Under the pieces are notes generated by a model that was not told where the DNA came from, did not search any database, and saw only the letters and a list, made by a program, of their open reading frames with translations. A stretch of DNA of 64,000 nt from positions 476,797-540,796 of the forward strand of contig CAVWSY010000002.1 of the NCBI GenBank assembly GCA_963757665.1, read 5' to 3'. Positions 37,195 through 45,586 of the stretch are shown here, piece by piece (the stretch's first letter is position 1; each line of letters starts with the position of its first letter). This DNA is from an uncultured Actinomycetota bacterium. GTDB taxonomy: Bacteria; Actinomycetota; Actinomycetes; Propionibacteriales; Nocardioidaceae. Both the position numbers and the translations under genes were made by a program.

Positions 37195-38531
37195 CCTGTC
37201 CTGCTGGGGGATTCTTGTTCTTGCGACAGTCCAAGAAGCCCCAGCGGAAAGGCACTCCGTAGGTGAAGCGTAGCCGTGTCCCGAATCTGGTTCTTGATCC
37301 AGCCCGCGAGTCGCTGATCTCCGCCTCCGGCGCGTTTCTGCTCAAGGAGACATCCCGGGTGACCGGTTTGGTTCGCGGGCTGTCGGAGGCCCTGTCTCCG
37401 TGGCGCTCCGCGCGAGCCAGCCATGATCCGGGCAAGGTCCTGCTCGACGTCGCGACCGCGGTCGCTCTCGGCGCCACTCTGGTGAGTGCGCACTCGGACA
37501 AGGAGGGCGCCGAGCCGACCTTCAAGCGAGGGTTCGGGTTCGCCCCGATGTGCACGTTCGTTGACCACGGCGAGCACGGCACCGGCGAGGCGTTGGCGCT
37601 CGACCTACGGCCGGGGAAGGCCTCGCCGTGGAACACCGCCGATCACCTCGCGACGCTGAACAGCGCGTTGGCTCAGCTCCCCGAACACGAACGCACCCAG
37701 GTGCTGGTGCGTGCCGACACCGGCGCCTGCTCGAAGGTGTTTCTGCACCACGTCACTGACCTCGGGCTGGAGTACTCGATCGGGTTCCAGGCCCAAGACA
37801 CCGTCAAGGCAGCGATCGAGGCCATCCCTGAGCAGGCGTGGCGGACCGCTATCGATGGTGACGGCGAGCCTCGTGACGGCGCCCAGGTTGCCGAGCTCAC
37901 CACATGGATGCCGACCCCGACTCGATCGAGTCGCCCAGGTCCGAAGGACTGGCCACCCGGGATGCGGGTCATCGCCCGCCGCGAACGGCCACACCCCGGC
38001 GCCCAGTTGCGGCTGACCGACCACAACGGGTGGCGTATCACCTGCTTCGCCACCAACACCAATGGACCCGGCTGGACCCTGCCCGTCCTTGAGATGCGGC
38101 ACCGACAACGCGCCCGCTGCGAGGACCGCATCCGCTGCCTGAAGGACACCGGCATGCGGAACCTGCCCTTCCACGACTACGCCAAGAACAGGCTCTGGCT
38201 CGAGGTTGTCGCACTCGCTGCCGACCTCCTCGCCTGGACCCAGACCCTCGCTTTCGACCAGGCCGAGCCCGCCCGTCGGTGGGAACCCAAACGACTCCGG
38301 TTCCGAATCCTCGCCGTCGCCGGACGCATCATCCGAACCGGCCGCCGAAGACGCCTACGCCTCCCCAGGGACTGGCCCTGGAACCGGCTCATCGACACCG
38401 GCTGGACCACGCTCCGCACCGCCTGACGGGCAACCAACACGACCACCACGCAGGACATGGAGAACCGGCGGACACAGCGCCGGGGGACTCACCTGCCCCC
38501 GGAATCAACACCCACAACCCAAGCAGTCAGG
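37195..38531 (+). mobile_element. IS1380-family insertion sequence, probably defective
   Basis: Carries the transposase ORF below. Candidate imperfect terminal repeats are CCTGTCCTGCTGGGG (37195-) and the reverse complement of CCCAAGCAGTCAGG (-38531). No target duplication was seen, so the boundaries are approximate. Confidence 0.6.
37263..38426 (+). CDS. IS1380-family DDE transposase with an apparent in-frame internal deletion
   Basis: HDPGKVLLDVATAVALG|ATLVSAHSDKEGAEPTFKRGFGF and RCEDRIRCLKDTGMRNLPFHDYAKNRLWLEVVALAADLLAWTQ are IS1380 hallmarks. The segment normally found between ...ALGGDCLAD... and ...DATLV.AH... (about 80 aa, from memory) is missing. Confidence 0.8.
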   Translation: MKRSRVPNLVLDPARESLISASGAFLLKETSRVTGLVRGLSEALSPWRSARASHDPGKVLLDVATAVALGATLVSAHSDKEGAEPTFKRGFGFAPMCTFVDHGEHGTGEALALDLRPGKASPWNTADHLATLNSALAQLPEHERTQVLVRADTGACSKVFLHHVTDLGLEYSIGFQAQDTVKAAIEAIPEQAWRTAIDGDGEPRDGAQVAELTTWMPTPTRSSRPGPKDWPPGMRVIARRERPHPGAQLRLTDHNGWRITCFATNTNGPGWTLPVLEMRHRQRARCEDRIRCLKDTGMRNLPFHDYAKNRLWLEVVALAADLLAWTQTLAFDQAEPARRWEPKRLRFRILAVAGRIIRTGRRRRLRLPRDWPWNRLIDTGWTTLRTA

Positions 38532-38563
38532 CGATCACTGTCCGACGAGATGAAACGTCGAGG

Positions 38564-40253
38564 CTAGTCGCCCGTCTGTCCTTCGGCCAGCCCAAGATCG
38601 CTCCGGTCCGTGATGGTGACCTTGCCGTCGGTAGCAATGCCAATTGAGGCGTAGCCGGTCTGGAGCCCTGTATTGATGCCCACGTACTGGAGCTGGACGC
38701 TGACGGTCTTCAACGGAACCGAGAACGGGGTGGACAACCGGTTGAACGTGGGTCTCCTCGACACCACCGGAAGTGCCGAGCTGGTTGAGGACGGTCCAGC
38801 TGACTTCGTCGCCGTCGGTGTTCCAGATCACCTTGGGCGGGGCAGCGTCGTGCAGGTGCCCGATGTTGATGATGCCCGGCGGGAGGTCGGGGATCCCGTC
38901 GTCCCACGGGATGGTCTCGCGACCCACCGCCCGGTCGAGGTCACCCATGGCGTCGATACCGACGTAGCCCGTCGCCGAGCGTGGCTGGTGGAACAGCACG
39001 ATGAGGGGGTCATCGCGGTCGGCCGCGTCCAGTTCGTCGCGCAGATTCTCGCCGAGCTCGGTCTCGGTAACTCCGCTCTTGTTGACTACCAGTCCGCCAA
39101 AGAGTGCTTTGAAGGCGGGGTCATTGCCCGCCACGACGTCCAGGCCATCGACTCGTGAGACCTCGAAGTCGGGGTTGATCACGTCGTTTTCGACGAGCTG
39201 CTCGAGTGTGGTGTCCGTGTCGTGGTCGCCCTTCACGACTACGAGGGGTACGTCGCCACTGGCGTTGGACTCGCCCTCGACGAATCCCGCTTCGGCCACG
39301 GTGCCGTTGGAGGTGACGTCGCCGGAGATGGTGCGCATCATGAGGGCATCCTCGGTGAGGTACTCCCGTAGTAGTGAGTACATCGTGGCGCGAACCCTGG
39401 TGCCGATGAAGCTGCCCTGGGGGTCGGCCTCGGCGATGACGATGCGTTCCCCGGGTCGTGGATCCAACGCGCCTGCATGAGCGGGCACCTCGGCTCGGAG
39501 GGAGGTCGCGGCTGTGGTCATGTACTTCTCGGTCCTCTCTCGGATGCGTTCGCTGTTCTTCGCGATGAAGGGCTGGACCTGACGGGCAACCTCGAGTGTT
39601 TGGGCACTGCTGAACGACAGCTCATCGACGCCCGGCATGGGGTAGGCGTGCTCGGGTTTGACGCTTCCGTCCCAACGGCCGAAGAGCCACGCGGCCGCGA
39701 CGAGCGAGGCTGCGACACCCAGCCCAACCGCGATGATGCCGATTCCGACTCGTTTGCCGCCGCGGAGACTTGAGGGGAATGGTGTGCTCGCTCGGAAGAT
39801 CGCACACAGCAGGACGCCGCCCAGCAATATGGCGCCGAGCTCGAACATCAGGAAATGTCGCCAGAACTGTGCCTGGAGCTCGTTCCCGTAGACGTGTGCC
39901 ATCTCGTCGGGCTCGTTGACGAACTGCACGTTGGCCTTCACGAACGTGGGGCTCACGTACGACGCCAAGGTGCCGCCCGGCTCGGGTGGTCCGGTGGACC
40001 GGATCGAGGCGCCGAACCCACCAAAACCGGTACGGGCCCAGTAGAGGCGGCCCAGGATCCCGGTGTCGAGCGTTTAGACACCGTTGTTTGCCAGCGAGAC
40101 TTCGACCGGGACGGTCCCTAGCCGGTCCTTGAAGTGGACCCCTTCGACGGCGCGTTCGGCCGCCATCGGCGCGGCCACGAGTGCCGCGATCAGTCCGTAT
40201 GCCAGAAACCCAACCACGATGCGGACCACCACGGTCCGTGCATGTGGATTCAT
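38564..40253 (-). pseudogene. membrane-anchored metallophosphoesterase, disrupted by an in-frame TAA and a frameshift
   Basis: The ATG 40253 frame reads MNPHARTVVVRIVVGF...SLANNGV*TLDTGILGRLYW, with TAA at 40074-40076. Phosphoesterase motifs VVKGDHDTD, VLFHQP and NIGHLHD are present. The C-terminus switches near 38760 to the frame of ORF 38564-38767 (...PTFNRLSTPFSVPLKTV...). Confidence 0.75.
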
Positions 40254-40699
40254 GAAGTCGAGCGTACGGACATCTCTCGTCGTGGCTCAGCAGGGCCACC
40301 TGTGTGGGCAGGGTCGACATCGTTGCCCGAGGCCATTCTGGGTGGTGATGTGACCGTCGACGGCAAGCGCCGGGCCGTGCCCGAGCGTCTCGTTGTGTCG
40401 GCAGCCATTCCCGCGCGGCAGGCCCACCCGCGTCGAGCACCGTGCCGTGCGCCTCGCGGCCGCGCCCTGGCAGACCCCTCGAGTCCAATCAGCAGGTCTT
40501 CTTCCCAGAGGTCGGAAACCACGCGGCCATCGGCCTCGGCGGGACGTTCCCTGCGGTGCGGCCTGTGCTCGCCTGAGGCGGCGCGATCGAGCCAGCGACG
40601 ACGCTGCTGGCAGGCCGACTGATCTGCCCCGACAGCCCGCTCTCGGCCACAGCGTGCAACCTCGTTTGGCGACCGGCTTCGCGGTCCTGGCGGGCCCTG

Positions 40700-41060
40700 C
40701 GGCACTCGGTCGTACATGTTGAGCTTCTCGAGGAGGTTGGTCCGATGTCGGTCCACTGTCTCTAGGCTGGGGATTCGCCAAGTGAGCCACTGCTCGATGC
40801 CGGCGAGGACATCGTCGCGCGGGCGTTGCGGGGATTGGGAACAGGAAGCGACTCCACGGGAGCGACCAGTGCTCAGAGGTCCACCCACGCTGCAACGACG
40901 CCAAGAACGCGGTCAGGGCGCAGTTGTCGGCTCCGATCGGACACCGCGAACGAGCAGATACCCGATCATCTAGCAGTCACCGATCGTTGAGGGGAAGGCC
41001 AGCACGTCGACCAGCGGGTTCGGCGGGTCAACGAAGCCGTAGTCGACGGTGCCGCTGAGT
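40700..41060 (-). pseudogene. decayed NarL/LuxR-type regulator relic (repeat copy A)
   Basis: The minus strand reads ...SPQRPRDDVLAGIEQWLT(deletion)SLETVDRHRTNLLEKLNMYDR..., compared with the intact paralogue LKTVDRHRTNLMEKLNMNDR at 33141-33797. Upstream parts contain stops and frame changes. Confidence 0.6.
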
Positions 41061-41630
41061 CAGAGGCCCGAAACGAGATTCAAGGAGCTCCAAACCTTGG
41101 GAGAAGTTCGACCACTTCGCAGGTTGGGTACCAGTCAGGCTCACGAACGGCGTGAGCGCTCCCATCGGCGTTGACTGTGTGTTCCCGTGAATCGTGAGTG
41201 CAGCGCGTGCGCCCGATTCTTTGCAGGCGTTCATATTGTTCATGCTTGTCCCCGGCGGCATGTGCCCCGGACAGAGCGGGCAGTGTGTAAAACGCCTGTG
41301 ACATTGTGGAAAGTGCTGCGATGCGGCCGCCCTCTACGCCCTGCTGTCGCCCCTCACCCGGCCGACTCGTGGGCCGCGTCGCCGGCACGGGGGAGCAGAG
41401 GCGGCCGGTGATGGCGGCTGGCCTCCTGGGAGCCGGCCGTGCTGGTGTCGGCCACGCCGGCGGGCTGATCTTCGCGCTCAAGCTGTTGATCGGAGCAGTG
41501 CGAGGACGGCAAGTGGATCAGCCGCTGCCGCCTGCGAGACCGTACCCGCGACGGAGGCCGAGTTAATCGGGAGATGCGTACTGCGCGTGCATAATCGTGA
41601 CATGTCCACCTCGAACACGTTGTCCCGTCA

Positions 41631-43697
41631 TTGCTCGTGATGGGTGGTTCAACCAGTCGTAGGTCGCGTGCGGTGCGCCTGGCGGGCTTCTCCTTCTCTT
41701 TGGTGTTGGCGTTGTGGGTCGGTCGCGCCACCTTTCTAGAGTCCGGGGAACTGAGCTTGGTATGGCCTGCTTCAGGGATAGGGGTCGTCTGGCTCGCCAG
41801 CGGGAACCGGAGTACTTGGCCCGTTGATCTGACCGCGATGGCGGCGGTGACGGGGCTCGCGGTGGCGGCCACCGGAGGAACCTTCGCCGAGTCACTTCTG
41901 GCGGGGATACTCGCCGTCCTGCAGCCGCTGGTCTACCTGATGGTCATGCGCCGGCTTGCCCCTGGCCTGTGGGGCAGCGGTGGTGCCAGGGCGTTCGCTC
42001 GCGTCGGCGACGTCGGACCCTTCCTGCTTGCCTGCGCCGCGGCGTCGACGGTGAGTTCCCTCGTTCGGTGGACGGGTCTGGGCCTGATTGCTCCCGGAGA
42101 GCCGATCGAGCTCGTGGTGGTGTGGATTCGCAACTTCGCGTGGATGGTGGCGATCGCATCGGTGGCGCTGCAGTTGGCCCCGGCCCTTCGTCACAGCGGC
42201 TCCCCAAGGAATCTGATGCACCGTCTGCGGATGGCGCTGCTCGGTACGACAGACTCTCGCGGACTCGAAGCCGGCGTCATCACCCTCGCTACAGCGGTGC
42301 TGTACCTGGCTGTGTTCGCGCGGTCCTCCGAGATCCCCAGCACCTTCCTACTCATGCTGACCACCGTCTGGGCTTCGGTTCGGCTGACCCCAGCAGCTGC
42401 TGGGCTCCAGGCATTGTTCTCCGGGACCGCCGCGGTGCTGTTCACTCTCGACGATCGCGGTGCGTTCGTGTCCGTGAGCGATCCGAGGTCGAGTGCGATG
42501 CTCGCTCAGCTCTTTCTCATCGTGCTGTCCATCACTGCGACGACTCTGAGTTTGAGTATCGCGGAGCGGGTCGAGGCGACACTTCGAGCAACTGCGTCTG
42601 AGCAGGCGGAAGCTGAGCGTGCCGCGGTGCTTGGTGCCGTGCTGCAGAGCATGCAGGAAGGCGTGGAGGTCGTGCAGGCTGATGGTCGTGTGCTGGTACG
42701 CAATCCGGCAGGACGCAGGCTCCTCGGCCAGAGCGAGTCTGAAGCGCCAAGGACCCTCGGCACTGCAGACGTCAAGGTATCTGGACTCGACGCACCACAT
42801 ACCACGTTGTTCTCGGCGGATGGTACGCGCGTGCCCTATGAGCGGATTCCGTGCGCTCGTGCGCTCGAGGGCGAGGAGGTCATTGCCGAGGACTACTCGA
42901 TCCAGAGCCTCGGCGTGGGCGGGCGCCGAATCATTGAGATGACCGCTTCCCCGATACCTGTCGTGTCAGCCGATCAGCCGCGCCGAGCTGTGGTGACCTA
43001 TCGGGACGTCACGAGCGATCGGCAGGATCGTGACAATCTCGCGGCCTTTGCGGGGGTTGTCGCACACGACCTGTCCAACCCTCTGGGAGCCGTCAGTGGG
43101 TGGGCCGACATCCTCGCGGACGCCATCGCGGAGGGACCGCTGGATCCCGACCAAGGTAGGGAGCTAGTGGCGCGGATACAAGCAGGGACGGCAAGGATGC
43201 TCGTCCTCATCGATGACCTGCTCGCCTACACCGTCGCTCGAAACCGACCACTCGATGTGCAGGATCTCGACCTGAGCGGTCTCTTTCAACAGACCGCACA
43301 GATGCCACGGCAGGCCGGTGAGCGACCGATCATCGACATTCAGCCGCGCATGGAGGTGCGGGCTGACCCGGCATTGGTTCGCCAGGTCGCCGATAACCTG
43401 ATATCGAATGCCGTGAAGTATGTCGCCCCAGGGGTACGACCACGGATCGAGATCACCGCGAGGACCCGGGGAGCCATGCTGGAGATCAGCGTTTCAGACA
43501 ACGGCATCGGCGTCCCGGCGGACCATCAGGACAGGATCTTCGACAACTTCCACCGGGTTCACCCAGCCGGCTACCCGGGGACCGGCATCGGGCTAGCGAT
43601 CTGCAGACGCGTCGTCGAGCGACACGGCGGGCGGATTGCCGCGGAGGACGGCCCCAGGGGTAGCGGCACCACCTTCGTGTTCACCCTCCCACGCTAG
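41631..43697 (+). CDS. MASE1-PAS sensor histidine kinase (no adjacent intact response regulator)
   Basis: N-terminal MASE1-like membrane domain (SLVWPASGIGVVWLASG...), H-box FAGVVAHDLSNPLGAV, and HATPase_c (NLISNAVKYV...GTGIGLAICRRVVERHGG). ATG 41640 is an alternative start. Confidence 0.9.
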   Translation: MLVMGGSTSRRSRAVRLAGFSFSLVLALWVGRATFLESGELSLVWPASGIGVVWLASGNRSTWPVDLTAMAAVTGLAVAATGGTFAESLLAGILAVLQPLVYLMVMRRLAPGLWGSGGARAFARVGDVGPFLLACAAASTVSSLVRWTGLGLIAPGEPIELVVVWIRNFAWMVAIASVALQLAPALRHSGSPRNLMHRLRMALLGTTDSRGLEAGVITLATAVLYLAVFARSSEIPSTFLLMLTTVWASVRLTPAAAGLQALFSGTAAVLFTLDDRGAFVSVSDPRSSAMLAQLFLIVLSITATTLSLSIAERVEATLRATASEQAEAERAAVLGAVLQSMQEGVEVVQADGRVLVRNPAGRRLLGQSESEAPRTLGTADVKVSGLDAPHTTLFSADGTRVPYERIPCARALEGEEVIAEDYSIQSLGVGGRRIIEMTASPIPVVSADQPRRAVVTYRDVTSDRQDRDNLAAFAGVVAHDLSNPLGAVSGWADILADAIAEGPLDPDQGRELVARIQAGTARMLVLIDDLLAYTVARNRPLDVQDLDLSGLFQQTAQMPRQAGERPIIDIQPRMEVRADPALVRQVADNLISNAVKYVAPGVRPRIEITARTRGAMLEISVSDNGIGVPADHQDRIFDNFHRVHPAGYPGTGIGLAICRRVVERHGGRIAAEDGPRGSGTTFVFTLPR

Positions 43698-44185
43698 CCT
43701 CACCCGTCAGTTCGGCTTCGTGGCCACTCCTTACACGGACTGGGCCCGCATGTCCGTGGTGATGGTTGCACTGCCGCGTCGCGGCACGGCACGAAAGTCC
43801 ACCGAAACCATGAGTCTGTTTCTTGCGGGCGCAACCTAGCCGGTGCGACGGTGAGCGCGTCTCAGCCACGGGTGGATGCGAGGACCGGTCGCAATTGGAT
43901 GATGCGGGAAGGATCGCGGATCAGGTGGGGATGGAGACGTCTGATGAGTTGGACGTGCAGTTGCTGCTGCCGTTCGTACGTGCGTTGAAGTGGACGTAGC
44001 AACTTCGGACGGCCGTCTGCGGCGTAAGGACCTCGAGGCCAATGCGGTAGCGGGTAGGCGACCGGCGTTGTCAGGCGTGACGCTGGGCAGTCTGGTCGAC
44101 GGGTAGCCGAGCGCCAGCCGACTCTGTTGGGTCAGCACCATGGAGTCGCTCGTGGCGGAGTCGGGTAGCCGGACGTAGCTCGACG

Positions 44186-44977
44186 TCAGCGGGCTCGGCC
44201 GCAGAAGGTGCGAACTGCCGTGTTGAACTCGTGTGGTCGCTCCAAGTTGCACATGTGGCCAGCGCCGGGAATCACTACCAGCTCCGCGTGCGGGATCAGC
44301 CGCGTGAACTCACGCGCCACGCTCAGTGGAGAACGAACGTCTAGCTCGCCCCACACGAGAAGGGTCGGGACCGCGATACGCGGCAGTACGTCGCGAAGGT
44401 CGGCCTGGGCCATGGCGGACAGAGCGTTCTTCAAGCTGTTCGGGCGGACGTCGGCGGCTACTGCGTCGAGCAGCGCGATGAGGTCACGTGGCGGCTTGGC
44501 TGCGAAGAGCCCCGGGAAGCTCGGGCCGGAGCCATCTGGGGGTGCGCGCAGCATGCGCTCGGCGCCGGCGACTCGCGCACGAAGTTCATCTCCGGGCAGC
44601 GATCCCTTCCAACCGGCGTAGGTGTCAGCGAGCACGAGGGTCGCCACCAGCTCGGGTCGCTGTCGGTAGAGCTCGAGGACGATGGTGCCGCCCCAAGACA
44701 ATCCGCAGACGTGTGCAGGCACGCTGAGCGACTCCAGGAGTGCCGCCAGCGCCGCCGCGTATCCGGCCAGTCCGAAGTTCGCCGGCACGTCCGAGGATCG
44801 GCCGGCTCCCGGCTCGTCCCACGCGATGACCGTGAAGTCATCGGTGAGTCCGGTGATCTGCGGGCGCCACTCCCGCGCATCTCCGGCTGCGCCGTGGACC
44901 AGCACCAGGGGCGGTCCGTCGCCCGTTCGGTCGTAGGCGACGTCCAGTTCGCCTGCCTGAACCCAGTGTGTCCTCAT
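44186..44977 (-). CDS. alpha/beta hydrolase
   Basis: PLVLVHGAAGD, nucleophile elbow GLSWGG, and C-terminal GAGHMCNLERP. ATG 44977. Confidence 0.85.
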   Translation of the reverse strand: MRTHWVQAGELDVAYDRTGDGPPLVLVHGAAGDAREWRPQITGLTDDFTVIAWDEPGAGRSSDVPANFGLAGYAAALAALLESLSVPAHVCGLSWGGTIVLELYRQRPELVATLVLADTYAGWKGSLPGDELRARVAGAERMLRAPPDGSGPSFPGLFAAKPPRDLIALLDAVAADVRPNSLKNALSAMAQADLRDVLPRIAVPTLLVWGELDVRSPLSVAREFTRLIPHAELVVIPGAGHMCNLERPHEFNTAVRTFCGRAR

Positions 44978-45308
44978 TGGGCCAACGATTGTCTCATCGC
45001 CCAGGGGGCCTTGCCTTTCAACGCCATCCGCGCGGGACAGCGGGAGCACTGGGCGCAGGGGCGGCTCGGTGCGTGAACCGCGCACCTGTTCTGCGGTTGA
45101 TCTCCACCAGATGCTCGCGCGGCGAGCGCCGCCTCAGTATGCGCCCCGACTCGGTGTGCGTGACGACGATGTTCAGTCGCGCCGAACGCCTGTCGCCTTG
45201 GGCATCCACCCGCGGCACGCACGGGATGACGCGCCGAGAAAACGTGAGGTCGACGTAGACTTGTCGGCCAACGATGCGTTGGGTTCCACGCGGGACAGGG
45301 GAGGCGAC

Positions 45309-45578
45309 ATGCCGATCTTCATGGTCGAGCGAGACTACGCAGAAGCGCTCGAGGGCGTCACTGAGGTAGCCGACGGCATTAACCGGATCAACGACGAGGA
45401 GGACGTGCGTTGGCTGTATTCGTTCCTTTCGGCGGACAAGCGCAAGACGTATTGCCTGTACGAAGCCCCGTCCCCGGAGGCGATCCGGGTCGCCGCCGAG
45501 CGAGCCGGTCTGCCGGCCGATGAGATCATCGAGGTGACGGAGCGGCTTCTCCCCGACGGGGCGTCTGCTCCGATCTGA
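45309..45578 (+). CDS. DUF4242 domain protein
   Basis: GGGGAGG RBS. 89 aa. MPIFMVERDY...RWLYSFLSADKRKTYCLYEAPSPEAIR is the typical DUF4242 pattern. Confidence 0.75.
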   Translation: MPIFMVERDYAEALEGVTEVADGINRINDEEDVRWLYSFLSADKRKTYCLYEAPSPEAIRVAAERAGLPADEIIEVTERLLPDGASAPI

Positions 45579-45586
45579 CTTGGGTT

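Noticed and set aside
41028-41261. 77-aa minus-strand ORF (MPPGTSMNNMNACKESGARAALTIHGNTQ...) considered as a small secreted or RiPP-like peptide gene.
   Set aside because: It has no RBS, weak codon bias and no cognate modification genes. Its 3' end runs straight into repeat copy A, so it is probably part of the same decayed gene.
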